Shown: piece after piece, positions 10,062 to 19,406 of the stretch
Position numbering within the stretch: position 1 is the stretch's first letter
Layout: each line of letters starts with the position of its first letter
From: Deltaproteobacteria bacterium
Lineage (GTDB): Bacteria > Myxococcota > Kuafuiibacteriia > Kuafuiibacteriales > Kuafuiibacteriaceae
Length of the DNA stretch: 64,000 bases
Assembly (NCBI GenBank): GCA_040218735.1
Contig: JAVJQW010000057.1
Location: forward strand, 64,001 to 128,000
Direction of reading: 5' to 3'
Translations under genes and position numbers: made by a program
Notes under the pieces: model-generated
What the model saw: only the letters and a program-made list of their open reading frames with translations
What the model was told of the DNA's origin: nothing
The model's database searches: none

Positions 10062-13000
10062 ATGCCTGTCACGACTGGTTCTCGCAACGCAGCGCGTCCT
10101 TCGGCCCCCTCGGTCGCACCTCGTCGGCCCCAGGGGGGCCCGAGCGGGCGAACGATCGAGCTGGTGAAGCTCGACAAGCTCGAGCGCACCGACAGCGCCG
10201 AGCTGGGTAAGACCACCGCGACCAAGCTCCTCGGCACCATCACCGAGCTCAAGGACGTCACCGGCACTGGGCAGGAGAGCGCGGCGAAGGGTGACCCGCG
10301 GGTGACGCTGCGGCGCCGCCTGGTGGCGACGCTGCTCGCCGACCGGTCCGGCTTCGTGAAGCGCGACGAGCTCGAGGCCCTCGGCGACAACGTGAAGGCC
10401 GACATCAAGTGGCTGCTCGACGCCGAGCGCCGCGAGTACACGGCCGACGGGACGAACCAGTTCAGCTGGGCGCAGTCGGTGATGTCCAGCGGCTCGACGA
10501 TCGAGAGCTACTTCAAGAAGCGCGTGAAGTCGCAGCGCGAGCACGCCGAGCGGATCGAGGCGGGCACCGACAAGTTCTTCAAGGCGGACGAAGGTAGCGT
10601 CGTCGGTCTGTCGTTCATCGAGGGCGACGACCTGCGCGCGGGCTCGATCGTCGACGCCCTCCTCCAGTTCCGCGCGAACACCAAGAGCACCAGCAGCAAC
10701 AACCGCGCGGACAAGGTCGGCCCTTCGCTGCTCGCCGAGCAGCGCATCCTCCTCGCGAACAGCGACATCTCGGATCTGTCCGACCCCACGGAGCGCCGGG
10801 AGCTCGGGCTGCTGCGCGCGATGATCGCGTCGCACCCGAACAACTCGATGAACGCGATCTTCGAGGCGCGGAACGCGGTCGCCGCGATCTTCCTCGACGG
10901 CGAGGACGCGGGCGCCGTCTATTCGGACCGCCGCAACGGCAACGCCGACTTCGCGACGAGCTGGATCATCCGCGAGAAGCCGCCGGGCGCCGACGTGTCG
11001 CCCTACTCCGCGATTCACCACAACTTCTCGACGAGCACGCCCAAGGTCATCGCGTCGATGGTCGACAACTGGCTGCTCCCGATCGGCGAGGAGTCGGTGC
11101 GCAGCACGGCGTTCCTGACCGCCGCCGACGTCCTCGAAGCCGCCCAAGAGGGCGACCGCGAAGGCGCCGTGAAGATCCTCGAAGGCCTCGAAGGCGACGT
11201 CGCCGCGACGCTCGCCGACCTGAAGAAGGTCGTCGACTCGGCGCCGGCCGGCGAGCTCGAGCAGAAGGTCGTCGACTACCTGCAGTCGGTGTCGACGAAG
11301 GACTACGGCGCGAACAAGGCCGGCAACATCCATATGGCGGCGGAGCTGTACCGCCACGTCTGCGACGACCGCCCCTCGCGTGAAGGCCTCTCGGAGAAGT
11401 TGTTCCGCGCCGGCGACGCCTGGCCGGAGGTCGCCGAGGTCCTGTTCGCGATCGACAAGGAAGACGACAACATGATCCTGCGCGAGCTGGGTGAGGCGCG
11501 CATCGCGCTCCGCAACGGCATCGCGACGGTGCGTTCGGGGTTCGAGCGGCAAGAGCTCATCCTCCTCGACGCAGACCTCGACCGCATGGTCCTCGAGGAG
11601 CTGGGCTCCGCGGTCACGCGCGTCGGTCGCCACGAGACGGACGAGCAGAAGACGGAGGCGCTCTGGGCGCTGTCCGCCGCGCTGCGGAGCGCCGTGGCGA
11701 GTGGCCTCGACGTGATGCACGGCGAAGACTCGACGATGGCCGATCGCAAGGGCCTCGACGAGCTGCGGCTCGAAGTGAAGAACGTCCTCAAGGAGGGCAA
11801 GATCGACGAGGGTGACTACCGCCGCTTGATGGCGGAGGTCCGGCTCGCGATCACCGGCACCATCCAGGACATCCGTTCGTACTTCGACGAGCGGGCCGCG
11901 GAGGTCGCGACGGGCGGCGTCGAGCTCGACCCCGAGTTCCACGACCAGTTCATCAAGCAGAGCGCCCTGCACTACGCGACGGCGATCGCAGACGTGGGCA
12001 TGACGGTCGGCCTGAAGGAGGAGATCTCCGCGGACCGCATCGCGAACGTCGAGGGGATGCGCATCCTCAACAGCATCGGTCGCGTCGTGTTCTCGAACGT
12101 CGTCGCGGCGGAGAACACGAAGGAGCTCGCCGAGCTCAAGCCGGAGAAGGACGCGCTCTCCGTCGTCTACGCGCTCAACGAGAAGAAGATGGTCGCGGTC
12201 GGCGGGCTGATCGTCGACACCGAGCACGCCCCCGGCGGCAACAGCCACCTCAACATGTACGCGATGAACAACGGCATCGCGGTGCTCGCGCTCCCCGAGC
12301 TGCGCACCAAGTACGCCGAGTTCTTCGAGACCGCGTCGAAGCCCGAGTCGGAGGGTGGCGGCGGCATCTACATGTCCGAGGACAACGGCGAGTTCCAGAT
12401 GCTCACCGTCGCGCGCGCCAAGGCCGAGGGCCTGCTGAAGGCCGACGAGGTCGACGAGCTGCGCCCCGGTCTGAACCGTCGCATCGAGTATCTGAAGTCG
12501 AACGCAACCGGCGACGCGTTCGAGGTCGTCGCCAAACACGCCGCGATCATCTCGCCGGAGCGCCGCACTCGGGACGTGCAGCTGTACATCCCGATGGACG
12601 AGGTGAAGGGCCTCGGCAAGCGGTGCCTCTCGTTCGACGAGATCGCGACGCTCGGCACACACGCGCGGCACCTCGTCGGTGAGAAGACCGCAGTGCTCGC
12701 GCTGATGCGCGCGAACCCGAAGCTGCGGAAGTTCATTCCGCCGGGGTCAGGCGTGACGACCGGCCGCATCCGCGAGCTGCTCAAGGAGGCGAAGGCGCCG
12801 ACGGCCGACAACGCCGACCGCACGCTGAACGACCTGTGGAAGCAGCCGTGGCTCGACGACCCCAAGGTGGGCACCGTCGACGACACGAACATCTACGAGT
12901 CGGCGTTCTACACGGACAAGGACTACCGCGCCGACATGCGGAACGAGCTGCAGCACACCACGAAGGAAGCGCTGACGAACCTGCTCATCGCGACCGACGG

Positions 13001-13655
13001 CAACGGCGACAAGAAGCTCACCGACGCCGGTCAGAAGCTCTACGACGAGCTGTTCGGCAACCCGGAGCTGGCGGACAAGCCGCTGTGGATCACGCGCTCG
13101 AGCTTCACGGGCGAGGACCGCCCCGGCAAGAGCGGCGCGGGTCAGTACGAGTCGCCGGTGCTGCTGGGCGACGCCATCTCACGCGTCGAAGGCCTCATCA
13201 CCGTCATCGAGAGCACGTGGATGCCGGAGCCGATCGAGAACAACGTCGCGGACGAGATCGACCTCCGCTACATCATGCCGTCCATCGGCGTGCAGGAGTG
13301 CCTCGATCCTCAGTACTCGGGCGTGATGATCTCGCGCGACATCCAGCACGGCACCCGCAACAAGGTGACGTACCAGCTGGTGAAGGGCTTCGGCGGCGGC
13401 GTCGAAGGCGGCAAGACCGAAGAGGGTGTCATCAACGCCCACGGTCACCACGTCAGCGTCGAGTACCCCGGTGAGCCGGACGGCCTCGTGGACGCGGCGG
13501 CGCTCAAGGAGCTGCGCGAGATCATCCTCGAGATCGAGAAGATGTTCCACGAGACGATCGAGCCCGGGAAGGGCTACGCCGTGGACTGCGAAGTGTGCCG
13601 AGTGGACGACGAGTGGAAGGTCGTCCAGGCGCGCGTGATCTTGATGGACAAGTAG
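10062..13655 (+). CDS. Dikinase-family protein with glucan-water-dikinase-like domain order (large N-terminal domain, phospho-His domain, C-terminal PPDK_N nucleotide-binding domain)
   Basis: GGNSHLNMYAMNNGI (phospho-His motif); VGEK, RSSFTGEDRPGKSGAGQYES, VQECLDPQYSGVMIS, DCE...VVQAR. Confidence 0.82.
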   Translation: MPVTTGSRNAARPSAPSVAPRRPQGGPSGRTIELVKLDKLERTDSAELGKTTATKLLGTITELKDVTGTGQESAAKGDPRVTLRRRLVATLLADRSGFVKRDELEALGDNVKADIKWLLDAERREYTADGTNQFSWAQSVMSSGSTIESYFKKRVKSQREHAERIEAGTDKFFKADEGSVVGLSFIEGDDLRAGSIVDALLQFRANTKSTSSNNRADKVGPSLLAEQRILLANSDISDLSDPTERRELGLLRAMIASHPNNSMNAIFEARNAVAAIFLDGEDAGAVYSDRRNGNADFATSWIIREKPPGADVSPYSAIHHNFSTSTPKVIASMVDNWLLPIGEESVRSTAFLTAADVLEAAQEGDREGAVKILEGLEGDVAATLADLKKVVDSAPAGELEQKVVDYLQSVSTKDYGANKAGNIHMAAELYRHVCDDRPSREGLSEKLFRAGDAWPEVAEVLFAIDKEDDNMILRELGEARIALRNGIATVRSGFERQELILLDADLDRMVLEELGSAVTRVGRHETDEQKTEALWALSAALRSAVASGLDVMHGEDSTMADRKGLDELRLEVKNVLKEGKIDEGDYRRLMAEVRLAITGTIQDIRSYFDERAAEVATGGVELDPEFHDQFIKQSALHYATAIADVGMTVGLKEEISADRIANVEGMRILNSIGRVVFSNVVAAENTKELAELKPEKDALSVVYALNEKKMVAVGGLIVDTEHAPGGNSHLNMYAMNNGIAVLALPELRTKYAEFFETASKPESEGGGGIYMSEDNGEFQMLTVARAKAEGLLKADEVDELRPGLNRRIEYLKSNATGDAFEVVAKHAAIISPERRTRDVQLYIPMDEVKGLGKRCLSFDEIATLGTHARHLVGEKTAVLALMRANPKLRKFIPPGSGVTTGRIRELLKEAKAPTADNADRTLNDLWKQPWLDDPKVGTVDDTNIYESAFYTDKDYRADMRNELQHTTKEALTNLLIATDGNGDKKLTDAGQKLYDELFGNPELADKPLWITRSSFTGEDRPGKSGAGQYESPVLLGDAISRVEGLITVIESTWMPEPIENNVADEIDLRYIMPSIGVQECLDPQYSGVMISRDIQHGTRNKVTYQLVKGFGGGVEGGKTEEGVINAHGHHVSVEYPGEPDGLVDAAALKELREIILEIEKMFHETIEPGKGYAVDCEVCRVDDEWKVVQARVILMDK

Positions 13656-13668
13656 GGAGGGAGCTTCG

Positions 13669-13992
13669 ATGCCTTACACCACCACCGCCGAGCAGTTCCT
13701 CGACGAGAAACTCCCCGCCGCGCTGTGCGACGGCAGCCCGCTGCGTGGCCAACCGTACCTCGTGAAGTTCGTCATCGAGGGCGTGGGTACCTGGTTCGCG
13801 GACTTCGCGACCGGATCCGTGGCGCGCGAGGGCGGCCTCGTCGACGTCATCGTCCGCGCACGCCCGCGTGACTTCATGGCGGTCATCGAGGGGCGCATGA
13901 GCCCGCAAGATGGCTTGCTCACCGGCCGCCTGCACCTCGCCGGTGCGGTCTCGAAGATCTCTGCCCTGATGAAGGTGCTGCGTCATGCCTGA
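13669..13992 (+). CDS. SCP2 sterol/lipid-binding domain protein
   Basis: FVIEGVGTW...DF..VIEGRMSPQ..LLTGRLHLAG; strong RBS GGAGG upstream. Confidence 0.8.
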   Translation: MPYTTTAEQFLDEKLPAALCDGSPLRGQPYLVKFVIEGVGTWFADFATGSVAREGGLVDVIVRARPRDFMAVIEGRMSPQDGLLTGRLHLAGAVSKISALMKVLRHA

Positions 13993-14206
13993 GGAGACGA
14001 GCACCGGCCTCTGGGCCATCCACTCCACCAAGGACCACAAGCCGCTCATGCGCGGCTGGGCGAACAGCAAAGGCGAAGCCGAGGCGATCCTCACGCAGCT
14101 GAAGGCGTCCGACCCGGAGCCCGAGGACGAGTACTGGATCCTCGAGATGTCCGAGGTCGAGGCGGACAACTTCCGCCTCACCGAGCTGCTCCACGACTTC
14201 GTCTGA
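13985..14206 (+). CDS. Small acidic hypothetical protein
   Basis: 73 aa ORF overlapping the SCP2 stop; typical codon usage. Confidence 0.7.
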   Translation: MPEETSTGLWAIHSTKDHKPLMRGWANSKGEAEAILTQLKASDPEPEDEYWILEMSEVEADNFRLTELLHDFV

Positions 14207-14236
14207 TTTCGATCGAACTAGGAAGGAACCCAAGTC

Positions 14237-15847
14237 ATGCCGACCAACATCCAAGACCGCGGACTCAAGCGCGCCCTGCAGCAGGTCATCTCCGACCGCA
14301 CCGCTGGTGCGCCGACGCTCAAGATCAACGAAGAGATGATGAACAACATCATCCTCGAGGTCGCGGACTCGCCGTTTGCCACGCGCGGTCAGGTCGAGAA
14401 GCGCCTCGCCGACGCCGGCACGCCCGCCGAGCGCCTCGCGGTCGTGCAGAAGGGCCTCGATGACGGCGAAGCGAAGGACATCGCGAAGATGCTCGCGCAC
14501 CCGTCCTTCGCCCGGATGCTCGAGCCCGCCGCCGAGAACTTCCTCAAGGCGGTCATTGGCGCCGAGCCGCTGAACCCGAGCCTGTTCGGTACGAACGGCG
14601 CCGCGCCGGTGTCGTCGCCGACGATCACGCCCGAGGCGAAGGCCGCCGTCGCCGAGATGAAGGGCCTGATTCAGTCCCGCCAGCTGCAGAAGTACTACGA
14701 CGCGGCGATCGGCATCGGCGACGCGTCGCTGAAGGACAAGGCGATCAAGCTCTTCGAGGCGCTCCCGACCGTGCACTCCGCGACGACCGCGGACGAGATG
14801 GTCGCGCTTGGGCTGTGGACGACCAAGCCGCGCGGCATCGAGGCGATGCAGACCTCGGCGCGTTACCTCCCGGGCCGTCAGCTCGTCGTCCCGGCGAAGG
14901 TGAACACCGACCTGCGCTCCGGCCGTGACTTCCTCGCGTGGGACGACAACGGCGTCGAGGCCCTCACCTACCGCGCTACGCTGGTGAGCGAGGACGGCGA
15001 CAACTTCATGGTGAAGATCGACGGCAAGGACGACCCGATCGCCGTGCCGAAGGAGACGGTCTACAAGCGCAACCAGCCGCACATCATCGAGGGCAAGAAC
15101 GTCCGCATCGGTTCGAAGCAGGCCAACTACGAGGACAAGTTCCTCAAGGCGAAGGTCTGCGAGGCCGCGCTCCGCATGGACGAGCTCGTCGGTCGCCTCG
15201 ACTTCACGAAGCTCCAGGCGTCGCCGCAGGGCGGCGGCCTGCTGTCCGTGTTCGGCGGGCGCGGCAACTCCGGCGAAGACATCTCGGCGATCCAGCGCAA
15301 GTGCGTCGGCATCATCCACGACGTCATCGACATGAAGTACCGCACGTCCAACGCCCGCAGCGATCCGGGCCGCGCCGACACCAACGACGCGGGTCGCCTC
15401 GCGGTGAAGGGCATCGGTGTCTGCAACGAGCAGGCGGCGGTGATGGGCGCGATGCTCACCCCGTTCCAGGACCTCATCGGGTTCGACTTCGCGATGATGT
15501 CGGGCGGCGTGTACCGCAACACGAACCGCAGCGGCTCGATGCAGGATCAGTACAGCACCTTCCGGCGTCCGGCCCACGGCTGGATCCAGGTCACATACCG
15601 CCCCTCGATGGAGATGCGGATCATCGACCGCACCTGGCAGCAGAAGGACAAGCCCGCCGACCTCGCGTACTCACCGGGCGGCGACCGCTTCCCGAGCGGC
15701 TACCAGGGCGGCATCCCGGTCGCGGCGATCGAGTCGACCGACGTGGTCATGGACGGCTCCGTCACCGTCGACACGTACGACCGTCAGTTCGGTACGGCCG
15801 GCGTCGACGACCGCACGAACCACATGTCGAATCGCGACGACCACTAA
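14237..15847 (+). CDS. Hypothetical protein with C-terminal transglutaminase-like (Cys-His-Asp) domain
   Basis: RBS AGGAAGGA; GIGVCNEQA...AHGWIQV...RIIDRTW motif series. Confidence 0.75.
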   Translation: MPTNIQDRGLKRALQQVISDRTAGAPTLKINEEMMNNIILEVADSPFATRGQVEKRLADAGTPAERLAVVQKGLDDGEAKDIAKMLAHPSFARMLEPAAENFLKAVIGAEPLNPSLFGTNGAAPVSSPTITPEAKAAVAEMKGLIQSRQLQKYYDAAIGIGDASLKDKAIKLFEALPTVHSATTADEMVALGLWTTKPRGIEAMQTSARYLPGRQLVVPAKVNTDLRSGRDFLAWDDNGVEALTYRATLVSEDGDNFMVKIDGKDDPIAVPKETVYKRNQPHIIEGKNVRIGSKQANYEDKFLKAKVCEAALRMDELVGRLDFTKLQASPQGGGLLSVFGGRGNSGEDISAIQRKCVGIIHDVIDMKYRTSNARSDPGRADTNDAGRLAVKGIGVCNEQAAVMGAMLTPFQDLIGFDFAMMSGGVYRNTNRSGSMQDQYSTFRRPAHGWIQVTYRPSMEMRIIDRTWQQKDKPADLAYSPGGDRFPSGYQGGIPVAAIESTDVVMDGSVTVDTYDRQFGTAGVDDRTNHMSNRDDH

Positions 15848-17277
15848 TACTGCGGCGGGGCTGCCGCGTCGGTCGCGAGGCTGGCGCGGAAGCTCTCCCA
15901 CGCGGTGGTCTCGATCAACCGCCACGCCTCCTCGTTCCAACCACCACCGACCTGACGCTGCGCTTCTTCGCGCAGGTCCCGCATCTGGTAGCCGAAGTCG
16001 GTCTCCGCCTCGTCCATCACGCGCTGCATCTCGGTCGGGAGGCGACCGAGCTGGCGGTCGACGTGCGCCCAGACCTCCTCGGTGTCCGAGAGGTGACCGT
16101 CACTCATCATGTCGCCGATCGCGAAGACGTCGTTGATGATCGTCATCGCCTGGTAATGCGGGTCCCGGCGCCCCGCGCGCAGGCCGTAGGGATCGGCCGC
16201 GGCCTCCCGGAACGCCGGGCCGTAGTAGTCGACCATCTTGCCTTCGAGGACCTCCAGGTTCTCGGTCAGCGTGAGGCCCTCGACGAAGTCCGTGCCGCCG
16301 TCGATGTTCGGCACGTCGGCGTCGTGGGTGGTGCGGAGGATGTCGCGCGCGCCGGGGGCCGCGGCTTCGAAGCTCTCCTCCATCTCCGCCGCCTCGGCTT
16401 CGTTGACGAACATCAGGCCCGCACCGACGCCCAACCCGGCGCCGATGCGCTCCACCGGGAACACCGTGTGAAAGTGCGCCGCCGCGCCGTTGCCCTCCGC
16501 CGCGGTGGTGAAGACGACGCGCGCCGACGACGTCGGCGTCTCGTAGCGCCCCGTCGCGATCCCCTCCGGGATCGTGCCGACCTGTTTGCCGAGGTCGGCC
16601 TCCATCGCGACGGTGTAGCCCGCCTCGCGCCCAGGCCCCCCGCGCTTCGACCAGCGGACCGCGAAGCGACCGTCGTTGGACACCGCGGTGACGCCGCGCT
16701 CCGTCGCCTCGCGCACGGTGAAGTCGCGCATCCCGGCGCTTTGGAGGTAACGCGTCGCGCCCTCCACGCCCTCCTCGGCCGCGTCGAGCACGGACCGCGG
16801 CGACACGTTGCCGACGCCGCGTTCGATCGCCTGGGACGAGACGTCCTTGATCGCCTCCTTCGCCGCCGCGCGCGACTTGAAGAAGCTCTTGCGGTTCATC
16901 TTCCCCATCACCTGCCGGATGGAGGCCTGCTCCGCTTCGTCGGCGGCCGACAACGCGCCGCGCTGCCCGAGCGCGCGCAGCTCGTCGTAGCGACGGAGCA
17001 GCGCGCTCGACACCTGGTTCCGATACCCCGCGACGTGGAAAGACTCGCGCACGACGTGTTTGCCGAGGCGGCGGACGCTCCCCCTCGCGAGGCGCTGCAG
17101 CACGCGGAGGATCGGGTTGGCCGCGGAGGTGTCCTCGGCGAACGCGCTACGATCGATCGCGACCCGTTCGAAGCCGGAGCCGCGCTCCAGAGTGCGTGGC
17201 GTGTCGCGCAACCGAGCTGCGGTCGTCGTATCGAAACGCGTGAGGTCGAACTGGGTGCGAGGGGCGGTGATCTCCAT
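15844..17277 (-). CDS. Hypothetical protein with possible nuclease-toxin-like middle domain
   Basis: RBS GGAG before ATG 17277; DLGKQVGT...ARVVF...HTVFP pattern; acidic C-terminal half. Confidence 0.65.
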   Translation of the reverse strand: MEITAPRTQFDLTRFDTTTAARLRDTPRTLERGSGFERVAIDRSAFAEDTSAANPILRVLQRLARGSVRRLGKHVVRESFHVAGYRNQVSSALLRRYDELRALGQRGALSAADEAEQASIRQVMGKMNRKSFFKSRAAAKEAIKDVSSQAIERGVGNVSPRSVLDAAEEGVEGATRYLQSAGMRDFTVREATERGVTAVSNDGRFAVRWSKRGGPGREAGYTVAMEADLGKQVGTIPEGIATGRYETPTSSARVVFTTAAEGNGAAAHFHTVFPVERIGAGLGVGAGLMFVNEAEAAEMEESFEAAAPGARDILRTTHDADVPNIDGGTDFVEGLTLTENLEVLEGKMVDYYGPAFREAAADPYGLRAGRRDPHYQAMTIINDVFAIGDMMSDGHLSDTEEVWAHVDRQLGRLPTEMQRVMDEAETDFGYQMRDLREEAQRQVGGGWNEEAWRLIETTAWESFRASLATDAAAPPQY

Positions 17278-17429
17278 GGCTCCACTCTCGCGATCGATGG
17301 CCGCAGAGTCACTTGCCGCCGATCGCAAGCGAAGCGTGCCCTACACCACGGACGGACGGCCCAGCCCATCGGTGCCCCCCCGAACGGCCGGCCTTTGAGG
17401 CGACCCTCCGGGTCTGGTACCCCGTGCCC

Positions 17430-18386
17430 ATGTCCGAAATCACGTACGAACGCATTCAACCGCTGATCGCCGCCACCGAGCAGCGCGGCAGCTCCATGCA
17501 CGCGACCTTCACGTGCCCGGTCACCGGCGTCTCCGTCGCCTCGACCGCGTCCATCCAACGCGGCAAGGGACTCGTGGACGTCGCCAAGCAGTCCGCGAAG
17601 AAAAACGTCATGTGGAGCATCCGAAGCTCCGTCGCACGCACGGTTCGGAGCGTCCTCGGCTCCGGCATCCTCGGGCGGGTCGGCACCGACATGGCGCGCG
17701 AGGTCATGAAGAACGTCGAACAGGGCGCGAAGGACAGCTTCTCCGACGACGAGAAGAACGCCGCCGTCGTGCAGGCGTTCGAGGCCGTCGCCTCCACGTT
17801 CGTCTGGGATCCCAAACGCGGTCAGTTCGTCGGCGCGTCGGCGACCGAGCAGAGCGGCTTCGACGCCCAGCTCGCCAACGCACCCGTCACCGAGAAGTTC
17901 GATCGCGGCGTGCTCGCGCGCCTCCTCGTGGAGATCGCCGCGGCCGACGGCAAGGTCGACGACGACGAACGCGCGTTCCTCGAAAACTTCGTGACCCCCG
18001 ACGTCGGCACCGTCGACGCGCTCCTCACCCGCGGCGCGCTGTCGGGCGCGGACCTCGGCGAGACCGCGCAGGGCGCGTCACGCGAGACGATGATCATGCT
18101 CGCGTGGGCCGTGGCCTTCGCGGACGAGGAGCTCGAGATGAGCGAGACCCGCCGCATCGTCGACGCCGCCCAGCACCTCGGCGTCGGCGGCGACCGGGTC
18201 GACACCCTCAAACACGAAGCGCAGCTGCACCTGTACGATCAGGCGCTCGGCAACGTGTACGCCTCGGGCAGCCAGGACACACGCGCCAAGGCCGACGCCG
18301 ACGCCTTCGCCGGCCGAATCGGGATGAGCGCGGAAGACATCGAGCGCGCCGACGCACGCTACCGCCGCCGCCACGGCCTCGTCTAA
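17430..18386 (+). CDS. TerB-like domain protein
   Basis: IAAADGKVDDDERAFL and AVAFADEELEMSE (tandem TerB motifs). Confidence 0.8.
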   Translation: MSEITYERIQPLIAATEQRGSSMHATFTCPVTGVSVASTASIQRGKGLVDVAKQSAKKNVMWSIRSSVARTVRSVLGSGILGRVGTDMAREVMKNVEQGAKDSFSDDEKNAAVVQAFEAVASTFVWDPKRGQFVGASATEQSGFDAQLANAPVTEKFDRGVLARLLVEIAAADGKVDDDERAFLENFVTPDVGTVDALLTRGALSGADLGETAQGASRETMIMLAWAVAFADEELEMSETRRIVDAAQHLGVGGDRVDTLKHEAQLHLYDQALGNVYASGSQDTRAKADADAFAGRIGMSAEDIERADARYRRRHGLV

Positions 18387-19237
18387 GCGGAGGTCGACGT
18401 CTTCACGGGCGCCGAGTCGATCGCCGACTCGGCGTCCTCGAGCTCGTCCGACTGCGGGAACTTCTCGCGCATCTGTTTCAGCGCGCTCCGCGCCTTCTCG
18501 AGCTCACCGAGCTTCACCCACGCTTCGACGATCTCCGCGAGCAGCTCGTCGTCGAGCCCTACGTCCTCGAACTCGCGGCGGATGACCTCCAGCCGACCGA
18601 CGTACGCGCGGTCGCGCTCTAGGTTCTTGTAGAAGTCCGCCACGTAGCGCTCGTGCGCCATCAGGCGGCGGCGCACGTCGTCGAGCACCTTCTTCGCCTC
18701 GGTGATGTTCTCGTCGTCCGGGAAGCGCGAGACGTAGTCGCCGAGCGCGCGCGCGGCGTCACGCACCGCGCTCTGGTCCTTCTCGTGCGCGGGCGGGAGC
18801 AGGAAGAAGTTGCTCGGGATCTGCTCGAAGTACGCCATCCCCACCTTGTAGAGCGCGTACGGGACCTTCTCGTGCGTGGGGTGCAGCCGGACGAAGTTCT
18901 GGTAGCTGTCGATCGCCTCGATGTGGCGACCGCGCTGGAACTGGCAGTCGGCGATGCGGAGCTCCGACTTCACCGCGTAACGCGAGTAGGGAAACTTGGT
19001 GCGGATGTACCCGAAGTACCGCTGCGCGCCGAGGTACTCCTCGCGCTGGAACGCGTCCTCGCCCTTGATCCAGTTGCCCTCGGCCGTGCGCTCGTACCGC
19101 ACCGTCGGTGCCGCCTCGCCGCGCCCCGGCGCGTAGGAGGCGTTGTCGACCTCCGGCTCCTCCTCCCCGCCCTGGTTGGACGAGGCACACGCCGCGAGCG
19201 TCAACGCCAACAGGCCCGCCCAGAGTCGTCGGTCCAT
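18383..19237 (-). CDS. bamD: Outer membrane protein assembly factor BamD
   Basis: Lipobox LAAC; TPRs FPYSRYA..ELRIAD, FVRLHPTHEKVPYALY, DQS, LMAHERYVADFY. Confidence 0.92.
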   Translation of the reverse strand: MDRRLWAGLLALTLAACASSNQGGEEEPEVDNASYAPGRGEAAPTVRYERTAEGNWIKGEDAFQREEYLGAQRYFGYIRTKFPYSRYAVKSELRIADCQFQRGRHIEAIDSYQNFVRLHPTHEKVPYALYKVGMAYFEQIPSNFFLLPPAHEKDQSAVRDAARALGDYVSRFPDDENITEAKKVLDDVRRRLMAHERYVADFYKNLERDRAYVGRLEVIRREFEDVGLDDELLAEIVEAWVKLGELEKARSALKQMREKFPQSDELEDAESAIDSAPVKTSTSA

Positions 19238-19406
19238 CGCCGCCCCGCTTAACACACCTGGTCGCGAGCGGGCGACACTTCGCGCCGGGTGGGGACAATC
19301 ACGCCTTTCGGGTGTCGGGCCTCCGTCCGTTCGACGCTTCACAAACACCGTGCGGACCGAAGATCCTAGGCGGACCTTGGCCGTCGACCGCACCGCGCCT
19401 CGCTTC

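Noticed and set aside
10062-13655. Annotation as PEP synthase (ppsA) or PPDK
   Set aside because: Domain order is reversed and the pyruvate-binding TIM barrel is absent.
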